From an uncultured Bacteroidota bacterium (GTDB lineage Bacteria; Bacteroidota; Ignavibacteria; Kryptoniales; JAKASW01), in NCBI GenBank assembly GCA_963768145.1, contig CAVYHK010000025.1, forward strand, positions 96,001-160,000: a stretch of 64,000 nucleotides of DNA, read 5' to 3'. The notes under the pieces were generated by a model, which did no database searches, was not told where the DNA came from, and saw nothing but the letters and a program-made list of their open reading frames with translations. Shown piece by piece: positions 48,184 through 58,135 of this stretch (its first letter is position 1; the number at the start of each line of letters is the position of its first letter). A program made the translations under genes and the position numbers.

Positions 48184-50587
48184 CTCTTGATCTTGTCATT
48201 AGTGAAGACATGCTTCAATGCGTCTTCGATTCTTCTCGACGGGAACGATCGTAATTCCTTCTTTCAATTTCGCCGGTACTTCAACCAAATCTTTCACATT
48301 CTCCTTCGGGTATCAGAACTTTCTTGATGCCGTATCTTTTAGCTGCAAGCATTTTCTCCACAAGCCCGCCAATCTGCAGGACTTCGCCGTTAAGATTGAT
48401 TTCTCCGGTCATGGCAACATCGGTGCGAAGCAGGTTTTTGCCCGCAGCCGAAATGAGTGCAACTGCCATCGTGAGCCCTGCAGATGGGCCATCTTTGGGA
48501 GTCGCACCCTCCGGGACATGGATGTGAAGTTTCTTTTCCTTTATGAAAGTTCTTATGTAATCCCGAGACGGTTCGCATTTGCGCGCACATAAGTCAACGC
48601 CGCCCGCGCAGATTCCTGCATGACATTGCCGAGCCGGCCGGTTAATTGCACTCTGTCCGGTCCATCCATCAAGATCGCTTCCACATTCAGAATATCGCCT
48701 CCTCCACTTGTCCACGCAAGACCAACAGCTACACCTAGCCGATTCTTCTTGGCGAATTGTCTTGAATGGAATTTCGGCACCCCAAGAAATTCCTCAACTT
48801 TTTTCTCGTCGATCACAATCCGGATGATTTTCTCTCGCTTCCGCATTCTTCTGACCGACAATTTCCCTCGCGATCTTTCTAGCAAATACCGGCGATGGAA
48901 CGCTCAAGATTTCTGACGCCGGCTTCCCACGTGTATTCGCGAATGACTTTCAGCTAAAGCCGAATCTTCAAACTTCGCAAATTTCTCCTCAATGCCATGA
49001 GCTTTTAATTGCTTCGGGATAATATGGCGCTTTGCTATTTCAATTTTGTCAAAATCGAGATAGCCCGGAAGCTCAATGACCTCCATCCTGTCTTCAAGCG
49101 GCTCGGGGAATGTTGTCACGAACATTCGCGGTGGTGATGAACAGAACTTTTGATAGATCATAATCCACTTCCAGATAATGATCCTGGAAAGAATGATTTT
49201 GCTCCGGATCAAGAACCTCAAGCAAGGCGGCCGACGGATCACCATGAAAATCATTAGCCATCTTATCAACTTCGTCCAGAAGCATAACCGGATTGACAAC
49301 GCCGGCCTTCTTCATAGCCTGCAGAATCCTGCCAGGCAGAGAACCCACATAAGTTCTGCGATGTCCCCGAATCTCAGCCTCGTCCCTCATTCCGCCAAGC
49401 GACAGGCGGACGAATTTTCTCCCGAGTGCGCGTGCAATCGATTTCGCCAGCGAGGTTTTGCCGACCCCCGGAGGACCGACAAAGCAGAATATCTGTGACC
49501 GCATTTCTTTCACAAGATTGAGGACCGCAATTTGTTCGACGATGCGTTCCTTCGGCTTTTCAAGCCCGTAATGATCTTCGTCCAGAATGTTCTTTGCATG
49601 CTCGATGTCCAGATTGTCCCGAGTCTTGTCATGCCATGGCACATCAATCAGCCAATCGAGATAATTTCTTAAGACGGTTGCCTCCGGCGAAAAGGGTTGT
49701 GTTCTTTTCAACTTATCAAGCTCATCAACAGCTTTCGCCTTTGCCAGTTCCGGCATATGTGCCTTCTCTATTTTCTCTTTCAAGATCCCAATCTCACCAG
49801 TCGGGCTTTCTTCGCCAAGTTCATCCTGCATTATTCTTACCTGCTCTTGCAGGTAATATTTCCGCTGGTTTTTCTGTATGCTGTCCTGGACCTTGTCGTC
49901 GATCTCCTGTTCAATCTTCAGAATGTTAATTTCCTCTGTCATTATTCTTATCATGTCTTCATATTGCTCGCGAAGGCTCTTTAAGCTGAACAATTCCATT
50001 TTCTCGGGAATCGAAAGATCCAAATTTGACAGGATATAATAAAATTTGCGATCGGGTTGTTCCATATTCTCGAAAGACATGATTGTCTCCGGAGGGATAT
50101 CGCGGCTGTTTCTCACGTAGTCTCGAAATAGTTGAGCAGCGTGTTTCACGTAAGCGTCGAGTTCAATTTCCTTTTTCTGCGACTGAGCATTCATTGAATA
50201 ATCTGCATGGAGAATATGATTCTCCTCGAAAAACTTTTTCACAAACGCCTGAGCGACTCCATCGACAAGAACCTTTAGAAGCCCATTGGGAAGTTTCAGA
50301 ACCTGTAATACTCGTGCTACCGTGCCGACCTGGTAGAGTTCGTCATTTGTCGGATCTTCCAGTGTGCTATCCTTCTGAGCAATCAACAGAACGAATTTGT
50401 GATTCTTCGAGGCATACTCCACAGCTTCTACAGACTGTTCCCTTCCCACAAGAATCGGGAATAGCATATAAGGAAGCACCAATGAATCTCTCAGGGGAAG
50501 AACGGGAAGTTTCTTCGGGATGTCCTCAATATCCATTACTTCTCCGGCTTGATCCATTTCCTTATATTCGTTCAACCTTCCTCCCAT
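48180..50587 (-). CDS. lon: ATP-dependent Lon protease; N-terminal two thirds intact, C-terminal third (48180-49300) broken by many frame changes
   Basis: The ORF 49094..50587 has the LON N-domain ([23 protein letters not shown]) and the AAA+ domain ([17 protein letters not shown]). The fragments 48904..49299, 48553..48885 and 48281..48715 carry ..[15 protein letters not shown].., ..[16 protein letters not shown].., ..[23 protein letters not shown] (catalytic Ser context). My translation gives the C-terminus ..[16 protein letters not shown] with the stop at 48180-48182, overlapping the dnaX ATG. Confidence 0.9.
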
Positions 50588-50941
50588 GGATGACTTTCAT
50601 CTGAAATTTTACCGAGAAAATATAGTAGACTCCGCAGGGTTAAACAAGGAAAGAAGGGGCTGTCGGCCTAAGCCGACGACTCCGGTCAGATCATGGATTA
50701 TTACTGAGGCGGTCCGTCATGAGATATCGGAGGTTCATGAACCATCACGTGAGACAGCACCGCCGCATAGAAAATATGATTTCATCCAGCGATGAATTCA
50801 TGCCGAGACCCCGCACGCCCCGCGAAGCGAGGTCCAGCGGTGACTCGCAGCATAATGGGCTGCAACATGCAATGCTTCTTTCTTAAGTTGAACCAGTTGT
50901 ATTATCTTATTGTGTAGTCCATTAAACATGGTTAGGCTTCA

Positions 50942-51802
50942 ATGTTCCGTCCTCTTATCAGGATCTTCTCCATTCTGTTCATTCTTATTTCCTCTCTTCG
51001 CGCTCAGGTTTGCATCTCTTTTATAGGCGACTGCACGATCGGCAATGATATCCGCTGGCCGGAGTTCGACAAATCTGTCGCGAAGAAGGGCTACGCATAT
51101 TTCTTTTCGAATGTGAAGAACGTGCTTTCTGCCGACGATTACACTGTTGCGAATCTCGAAACCGCGATAATCGATTCCGGAACCGCTGTCGAGAAGGAGT
51201 ACCGCTTCCGAGGCAAACCGGAATACTTGAACATCCTGAAACAGGGCGGCGTCGAGTGCGTGACAATCGCCAACAATCACACGCACGATTATGGAGATGA
51301 GGGATTTGCCTCAACAAAAAAATATCTGGCACAATACGGAATCGATTTCTTTGGGTACGAAACACATCTTGCCAGGAATATTAAAGGTGTGAAGTTTGCG
51401 TTCATTGGAAACGCTTTTCACCTGGGGCCGAATACAATTGCATATATAAAAGCAATCAGAGATTCAGTTGATTTTATAGTGGTCGTTATGCATTGGGGTG
51501 AGGAAAAACAATACGAACCTGACGAGGAGCAGAAAGCCCTGGCGCGCGAACTGATCAATGCTGGCGCGGATTTGATCGTCGGACATCATCCGCATGTTTT
51601 GCAGCCGATCGAGAAATACAAGGGGAAATATATTGCTTACAGTCTCGGGAACTTTGTTTTCGGCGGGAATAGGAATCCGCACGACAAGAAGACGATGATA
51701 CTCCAGGCGTTCTTCGAAAAGGGGAAACCGGTCACGGTCAAAGAGATCCCATGCAGGATATCGTCTGAATTTTGTCCCATGGTGGTGCGGCGAAAGGATT
51801 GA
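50942..51802 (+). CDS. CapA/PGA_cap family metallophosphatase-like protein
   Basis: FIGDCTIGND.., ANLETAI.., VTIANNHTHDYG.., VVVMHWGEE.., GADLIVGHHPHVLQPIE.., YSLGNFVFGG match the CapA family motif order. Confidence 0.8.
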   Translation: MFRPLIRIFSILFILISSLRAQVCISFIGDCTIGNDIRWPEFDKSVAKKGYAYFFSNVKNVLSADDYTVANLETAIIDSGTAVEKEYRFRGKPEYLNILKQGGVECVTIANNHTHDYGDEGFASTKKYLAQYGIDFFGYETHLARNIKGVKFAFIGNAFHLGPNTIAYIKAIRDSVDFIVVVMHWGEEKQYEPDEEQKALARELINAGADLIVGHHPHVLQPIEKYKGKYIAYSLGNFVFGGNRNPHDKKTMILQAFFEKGKPVTVKEIPCRISSEFCPMVVRRKD

Positions 51803-52189
51803 AGGCTGAAATTTCACCGAATATTTCCGCCACGCTTCCCATGTCGACTCCGTGTGATGAGAAGCCCCTTTATCCTGCTGCAGCGGATTCGGGGAAACAA
51901 CCAGGAACCGGCTATGGCTGAGTGTTCTATGGTTTGCACAGAATTCTTTGTGGGCCCGTCCCGCGACATTCAAGTCAAAGAAAGCAAATCCATACTCCAT
52001 TGATATCCGCATTGTCTGCAAAGAACTGACTTTGAACTTTCAGCTCCTCGTGACTAACTTTTTGCCGAAGACATGCCTTTGGGACAACCCACAAAGAGAA
52101 ATGTTGGCTGTTCGGAAACATCGAGCAACCGAGCTGCATAATTAAAAAACGTGATTCCCGGACACATTAACCGGGAGAAGGAGTTTCAA

Positions 52190-54460
52190 ATGAAGATTCG
52201 AGTGGAAGACGCTCTTCTATACCATTCATCAGGCAGAAAAGGGAAAGTCGAAGTCGTGCCCACAAAACCATGTGTGACACAACGTGATCTGTCACTAGCC
52301 TATACGCCAGGAGTCGCAGAAGTTTGCAGGGCAATCGATAAAGATCCGGATTCGGTTTACGAGTTTACCGCAAAGTCAAATTTGGTCGCCGTGCTTTCCA
52401 ACGGCACGGCAGTGCTCGGGCTTGGAAACATCGGTCCACTGGCAGGCAAGCCTGTCATGGAAGGCAAGGGGGTTTTGTTTAAGAGGTTTGCGGACATCGA
52501 CGTCTTCGACATCGAAATCAATTCAAAGACGCCTGAAGAAATTGTGGCAGTCGCAAAAGCGCTTGAGCCCACCTTCGGTGGGATTAATCTCGAGGATATC
52601 AAAGCACCGGATTGTTTCTACGTGGAAGAAAAATTAAAGGAGACGATGAATATTCCTGTGTTCCATGATGACCAGCATGGTACGGCCATAATCAGCTCTG
52701 CTGCTTTGATGAATGCGCTGGAAATTGTGGGCAAAGATATTTCGAAAGTCAAGATTGTCATCAATGGAGCGGGTGCCGCAGCGATCGCGTGCACAAAACT
52801 TTACATTAGACTCGGCGCTAAGATAGAGAACGTATATATGTGCGATTCCAAAGGGCTCATTTACAAAGGAAGACCGATCGACATGAACCCTTACAAGGAA
52901 CAATTCGCGCAGCAGACAAACCTTCGAACTCTTTCCCAGGTAATCGCCGGCGCGGATGTGTTTGTCGGACTTTCCGTGGCAAATGTCGTGACAAAAGATA
53001 TGATTTGCTCGATGGCAAAAGATCCGGTAGTCTTCGCGATGGCGAATCCAGATCCAGAAATAACGTATGAAGACGCCACCGCCTGCCGGGCGGATCTCAT
53101 TATGGCGACCGGCCGCAGCGATTATCCGAACCAGGTGAACAACGTACTCGGCTTCCCATTCATTTTTAGAGGAGCACTCGACGTTCGCGCTCGTACTATT
53201 AACGAGGAAATGAAGATCGCCGCAGTGAAAGCACTCGCAAGCCTTGCAAAAGAGCCGGTCCCCGACTCCGTTAAGAGGGCCTACGGCGGACTAGAGTTCG
53301 AATTTGGGAGAGATTACATTATTCCAAAACCTTTCGATCCAAGAGTGATAACATGGGTCGCTCCAGGAGTCGCAAAGGCGGCAATCCAGACCGGGGTCGC
53401 AAGATTGCAGATCGATGACTGGGAAAAGTATGTCTTCCAACTGGAAGAGAGGATGGGGATAACAAGAAGCGTGGTGAGAACTGCAATTGTGAAATCCCAG
53501 CATAGCGGCATGCGGATAGTATTTCCCGAAGGCGAAGAGCCGAAGATACTTTACGCGGCACAGATGATCCTCGATGAAGAGATTGCCAAACCGGTTCTTC
53601 TCGGCAGGAAGTCTCATATTGAGATGAAGGCTCACGAAATGAAGATTGATATTGAAGGAATAGAAATAATCGACCCGGAGCATTTCGAAAAAGCCGAGCA
53701 ATACATCGAGGAACTTTTCAGAATGCGGCAGAGAAAGGGATTCACACGATCCCGGGCAGCGAGGTATATGGAGAGAGCCAACTATCTGGGCGCTATGATG
53801 GTACACATGGGCGATGCCGACGGACTCGTGTCTGGATTGACTCAGACCTACCCAAGCACAATCAAGCCCGCATTACAGGTGATAGGAATCGCTGAAGGAA
53901 GAGACCGGGTCGCAGGGCTTTACATTATAATGACAAAGCGGGACTCTTATTTCTTCGCTGACACCACCGTGAATATTGATCCCACGGCCGAGGAACTCGC
54001 GGAGATTGCAATCATGACCGCCGAAGTTGTAAAGCGATTCAACATTACACCGAAGATTGCCATGCTTTCGTTCAGCACATTCGGGAGCACGCGACTTCCC
54101 CAATCAATCAAAGTTCAGAAAGCAGTAGAGATTGTGCACAAGCTGGATCCTGACCTGATAGTTGACGGCGAAATACAGTCGGACATTGCGCTCTCGCCGG
54201 ACGTTATCCAGGAGATTTATCCATTCTCAAGCCTAAAAGGTGGGGCGAATACTTTTATCTTCCCGAATCTAGACGCCGGAAATATCGCCTACAAGCTCAT
54301 GGGAAAAATCGGCGGCGCCGCCTTACTCGGACCAATCCTGATGGGAATGAAAAAACCGATTCATGTTCTTCAACAAGGATGCGACGTGGAAGCAATCGTC
54401 AATATCGCAGCAGTGTGCGCGGTCGAAGCTCTCGACAGAAAGAAAGGAAAGGTAAATTAG
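52190..54460 (+). CDS. maeB: NADP-dependent malic enzyme with C-terminal phosphotransacetylase-like domain
   Basis: The evidence is ..[22 protein letters not shown].., [20 protein letters not shown], then a PTA-like C-terminal half. I set the start at the ATG at 52190, preceded by GGAGAAGGAG; the track start is 52151. Confidence 0.9.
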   Translation: MKIRVEDALLYHSSGRKGKVEVVPTKPCVTQRDLSLAYTPGVAEVCRAIDKDPDSVYEFTAKSNLVAVLSNGTAVLGLGNIGPLAGKPVMEGKGVLFKRFADIDVFDIEINSKTPEEIVAVAKALEPTFGGINLEDIKAPDCFYVEEKLKETMNIPVFHDDQHGTAIISSAALMNALEIVGKDISKVKIVINGAGAAAIACTKLYIRLGAKIENVYMCDSKGLIYKGRPIDMNPYKEQFAQQTNLRTLSQVIAGADVFVGLSVANVVTKDMICSMAKDPVVFAMANPDPEITYEDATACRADLIMATGRSDYPNQVNNVLGFPFIFRGALDVRARTINEEMKIAAVKALASLAKEPVPDSVKRAYGGLEFEFGRDYIIPKPFDPRVITWVAPGVAKAAIQTGVARLQIDDWEKYVFQLEERMGITRSVVRTAIVKSQHSGMRIVFPEGEEPKILYAAQMILDEEIAKPVLLGRKSHIEMKAHEMKIDIEGIEIIDPEHFEKAEQYIEELFRMRQRKGFTRSRAARYMERANYLGAMMVHMGDADGLVSGLTQTYPSTIKPALQVIGIAEGRDRVAGLYIIMTKRDSYFFADTTVNIDPTAEELAEIAIMTAEVVKRFNITPKIAMLSFSTFGSTRLPQSIKVQKAVEIVHKLDPDLIVDGEIQSDIALSPDVIQEIYPFSSLKGGANTFIFPNLDAGNIAYKLMGKIGGAALLGPILMGMKKPIHVLQQGCDVEAIVNIAAVCAVEALDRKKGKVN

Positions 54461-56053
54461 ATGATTCTCCATCGCTTTCTTCTCGCAGTTTGTTTGTTGG
54501 GCACCATTGCGCTTGGAGGCTCACGCAAAACGACAAACCGTTCAGAGGTGCAGACGGTCTCAAGAGTTGATTACGAAGCAGCGGGCGTAGAGGCATTGCG
54601 GCATTTCAACATCGCGCATGTGCGATATGCTCTGGATTATCTTGCCTCTGATTCACTTGAAGGCCGAGAAACAGCCGAACCGGGACAAGAACGGGCAGCG
54701 GATTTCATAGCGAAGCGATTCAAACAGCTTGGTCTGAAACCGTTGGGCGATGATGGTACATACCTCCAGCAATATTCCGTCAAAATTCATTCCATCAGCG
54801 ATTCTTCGTTCATCGAAGCAGATGGGAAACACTTCCGTAACAACACAGACTTCTTCGTCTTGCCTTTCGGCGCCGGAGACACGACTGTAGTCTCAACGGC
54901 CGTGTTCGCAGGATATGGCTTTGAAAACAGTACATACTCCGACTATTCTGGAATTGACGTGAGAGGAAAAATCGTACTGCTTCTGGCAGGCAACCCTCCG
55001 TTTGCAGATACGAATGATATCATGATCAAGACGAAATTGTACAAGCGAACGAATGCTGCGAAGCATGGCGCGGCAGCAGTACTCCTCGTCGCAAGAGGAG
55101 GAGACACGGAGTTTTCAAAGACCCGGCAGCACTATAACTCCTTGTTTGGCAATAACATTATGACTCTGGATACCGGCACGAAAGAAACAAGGATGCCAAC
55201 CATGATGCAGTTGGTCTACGTCAAACCTGAGATCGCAAACGAACTTTTGAAAAGTCGAGGAACTGACATAGAGCATATCACTCAGAGGATAGACTCATCA
55301 AAAACTCCGGCATCTTTGCAGCTTGGCAGCATAACCGCCAGGGTAAACCTTGTCTCAGAATCCCGCCGGGCACAAAATGTCGTCGGAATGTTAGAAGGAA
55401 CTTCGCTGAAAAATGAATACGTGGTTTATTCCGCACATTATGATCATCTCGGCAAGACACCGGAGGGTGTTGTCTACCATGGCGCAGACGACAACGCATC
55501 CGGCACAAGCACTGTAATCGGCATCGCGGAGACTTACTCGGAGTCAAAAATAAGACCTAAAAGAAGCATAATTTTTTTGACGGTCTCGGGAGAGGAAAAA
55601 GGTCTTCTCGGCTCCGAATATTTCACTTCCCATCCTCCGGTGCCGATCAAAGACATAGTAACTGATCTGAACACCGATATGGACGGCAGAATCGACACAT
55701 CGTATGTAAATCGCGACAGTAATTATGTCTTCGTGATCGGCAGCAAACGGCTCAGCTCGCAGCTGGATTCAATGCTCGTCCTTGCGGATAGCCAATCGGT
55801 CAAAATCAAATTAGACTATTCGTTTGACTCTGCCAACGATCCGAACCAATTCTATTATCGCAGTGATCATTACAATTTTGCCAAGAGGAATATTCCCGTT
55901 GTTTTCTTTTTCGACGGCAATATCCCGGAATACCATAAACCAACAGATACGAGCGACAAGATAGATTTCCCCATTCTTGAAGAAAGAGCCAAGTTGATTT
56001 TCATGACGGGCTGGAAAGTCTCAAACCTAGATTGGCGATTGCAATTGAACTGA
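54461..56053 (+). CDS. M28 family zinc aminopeptidase with PA domain
   Basis: It has a signal peptide. The motifs are ..SAHYDHLG..GADDNASGTSTVIGIAE..FLTVSGEEKGLLGSEYF..SDHYNFAKRNIPVVFFF, the M28 metal-ligand motif series. Confidence 0.85.
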   Translation: MILHRFLLAVCLLGTIALGGSRKTTNRSEVQTVSRVDYEAAGVEALRHFNIAHVRYALDYLASDSLEGRETAEPGQERAADFIAKRFKQLGLKPLGDDGTYLQQYSVKIHSISDSSFIEADGKHFRNNTDFFVLPFGAGDTTVVSTAVFAGYGFENSTYSDYSGIDVRGKIVLLLAGNPPFADTNDIMIKTKLYKRTNAAKHGAAAVLLVARGGDTEFSKTRQHYNSLFGNNIMTLDTGTKETRMPTMMQLVYVKPEIANELLKSRGTDIEHITQRIDSSKTPASLQLGSITARVNLVSESRRAQNVVGMLEGTSLKNEYVVYSAHYDHLGKTPEGVVYHGADDNASGTSTVIGIAETYSESKIRPKRSIIFLTVSGEEKGLLGSEYFTSHPPVPIKDIVTDLNTDMDGRIDTSYVNRDSNYVFVIGSKRLSSQLDSMLVLADSQSVKIKLDYSFDSANDPNQFYYRSDHYNFAKRNIPVVFFFDGNIPEYHKPTDTSDKIDFPILEERAKLIFMTGWKVSNLDWRLQLN

Positions 56054-56401
56054 CAGTTGCCGCGTTCTAATCTATCTTAGGGCATTGTGATCTCAAGCGG
56101 CTCCAGATGCGAGAGCCGTCATCCCAATGAGATATAAGGCACGGAGGATCGTGTGTCGACATTTCCGTTGTCGGTTTCTCCGTTTGTGAGGGGAAATCTT
56201 CTTGCCAAGCCGATTGCTAACACATTCACAGAGAAGATGGTAGTTGTGCCGCAGGGACAGTAATCAATACTGCCGTCGCAAGTCTGCTCTTAAAAAAAAA
56301 TCCAAAATGTACGACGCCTCAAAAAGGGGTGCGTCCAATTTCGGAAATTTTAATCTTTTGGATTTGAATTCGTCCGCGACTCTGAAGCCGAGGAGTGAAT
56401 T

Positions 56402-57004
56402 CTATTGAGCAGGCAGCTCCTTGGATTGAAACACGCGCGATTTAAGTCTCGTAATCTCGCGCTCTTTGGTTTCCAACTGGTTGTACAGATCCACAAGATG
56501 GTCATAGAACTGGCTTTCGAGAACTCTCACTTGTGAGACATCATCGAAATGGAATATTATTTCAGAACTTGTCCCCTGAAGGTAATACGCCTTGACTTTG
56601 AAGTACTTGTCAAGGTCCTTCTGCTTAAGAGTCCCAATCCCTTCTCCCTGTTCTTTGCACTCACTAACTACCGTATCGAATCCCGTTGAATCCTCAGGCT
56701 GCAAGAATTCTTCTACATCCAGACGTTTCCCGCTCTCCAGCTTCAACGGCAGCACCTCATGCGCAAATTGATTTGCGTAGATCAAGTTTAATTCACAGTC
56801 GGTGACGACAAGCGGGATTCTCACCGTCTCAAAAAGTCTGTAGAAATCTGATGTAATTGTAAAGTTTGCCACGATCACTTCACGTGCATCTATTATGCCG
56901 TCAAAATAGCCGAAAGCGAGTGGAATGCAAGCTGTACCTCTTTCAGGCAGCCGGCATGTTACAGCAAAGTAAATTTCAGTTACAATTATTTCACGGACCC
57001 GCAC
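56402..57004 (-). CDS. Hypothetical cytoplasmic protein, PAS-like fold plus C-terminal coiled coil
   Basis: ..LFETVRIPLVVTDCELNLIYANQFAHEVL.. resembles a PAS core, and the tail ..LVDLYNQLETKEREITRLKSRV looks coiled-coil. The start is uncertain. Weak call. Confidence 0.35.
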   Translation of the reverse strand: MRVREIIVTEIYFAVTCRLPERGTACIPLAFGYFDGIIDAREVIVANFTITSDFYRLFETVRIPLVVTDCELNLIYANQFAHEVLPLKLESGKRLDVEEFLQPEDSTGFDTVVSECKEQGEGIGTLKQKDLDKYFKVKAYYLQGTSSEIIFHFDDVSQVRVLESQFYDHLVDLYNQLETKEREITRLKSRVFQSKELPAQ

Positions 57005-57081
57005 TTTTAGAGAAAGGCCGCAAGGGACAGGAACTCCTTACGCGAGTTACATTAATTCGACCCTTGAGTCTTGCGGCGTGA

Positions 57082-57423
57082 TCAGTTTCCAAGGTAAACA
57101 ATGCTAACCTTCGAGACACCGGCAAGTTCTTTTAAGGTTAGAACTTCACCCGATTCCTGACTCAAGTGATTCGGAGCCGACGTCTTCGGCTGCCCGAAAA
57201 AATCCAAAATGACAGCGACATTGCCAGAGGTGTGGAGAGCTATTGCACCACCACCCGCCTGATTTGTCAAGAAGATACCCGAATCATGATCAGTTGATGT
57301 GACAACAATTGCTGGCGGTGCGATTACCGTCAGTGTTATCTTTGCTGTCGCGGTTACCACCTGTTCTTCAGACGTCGAAACGCAAATCAACGATCCGAAA
57401 ACAGGAAGTAGGACCAACGACAT
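57082..57423 (-). CDS. Small secreted beta-rich protein (113 aa), possible minor fibre subunit
   Basis: The internal Met at 57421-57423 is preceded by GAGGAG. The signal-like N-terminus is MSLVLLPVFGSLICVSTSEEQ, followed by ..KITLTVIAPPAIVVTS... The long track ORF (to 57720) has an implausible N-terminus. Confidence 0.4.
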   Translation of the reverse strand: MSLVLLPVFGSLICVSTSEEQVVTATAKITLTVIAPPAIVVTSTDHDSGIFLTNQAGGGAIALHTSGNVAVILDFFGQPKTSAPNHLSQESGEVLTLKELAGVSKVSIVYLGN

Positions 57424-58135
57424 GCTGAGTCTTCTCCTCAATACGTCCACCCGCAAGTTTAACAAGACTAAGTCCAAGTAGGTTCCTGCGATCGAAGCAA
57501 TAATGGAGTGATTCAAGCATTCGTACGGAGAACGCTCGGCATCCGGATTTCCGACATCCATCGTTAGCCAAGAAAAGAGATTCACGGAAGAAGAAGAAAT
57601 GCTCGGGCAAACGCGACACGTGTTTGGCGAAGCAAACCGAAGAGGACCCAGCACCCTGATGTGCATTGCTCCCCATAGACTCGTGGGGGGAAATTCAAAA
57701 GGAAGAACCCGTGCCCCCACAAGAAAACATCAGGGTAGCTCCTGCGGAGTTATTGCTTTATGGGCTGTTTGGATTCTTATTCCGTTCGCCTCAACCCGCG
57801 AAGCACGTTACGCCGTCATGCCAAAGTGACTTGACCTGACGCGCAAAGTTCAGGGGTTGTGCTGTGTCAGGATTTCAAGATTCGTTGGTAGGATCTGCTA
57901 TGTCGTTAGAAAGACATGTAAACTTGAAAGCTCAACAAGAGAACCGTTGCCTTTTCCCTGCGTAAGCTCTTGGCTTCGCCGCAAATTTCTCACCGGTTCC
58001 TCGATGAATAGAAGCATCAATCCGCAATGCCGATTTTTCTTGGGTAGGCATCAACGCAACAGGGACTGGCGAGATTCCGTTCCACCACGGTTTATATATT
58101 GGGTGTCCCATTGCGGGAGCCCGAGATTCTTTGTC

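Noticed and set aside
8607-49300. An alternative genetic code (stop-codon reassignment) as the explanation for the many interrupted genes
   Set aside because: Homology continues in a different reading frame after each break, not through an in-frame stop. At least two breaks map to homopolymer runs and two more to dinucleotide repeats. The standard code explains all the long intact ORFs.
56153-56266. A small 37-codon ORF with an upstream GGAGGA (VSTFPLSVSPFVRGNLLAKPIANTFTEKMVVVPQGQ*) in the convergent spacer after the M28 peptidase gene, considered as a RiPP or small-protein candidate
   Set aside because: It has a GTG start only 2-3 nt from the SD-like motif (poor spacing). No maturation genes are adjacent, and I cannot test conservation. 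The evidence is insufficient.
58008-58111. A 59-codon ORF starting 24 nt after the usher-like gene stop (MGHPIYKPWWNGISPVPVALMPTQEKSALRIDASIHRGTGEKFAAKPRAYAGKRQRFSC)
   Set aside because: I see no recognisable RBS, no signal peptide and no known family, and it is just under the track threshold. It could be real, but I cannot support it from sequence alone.
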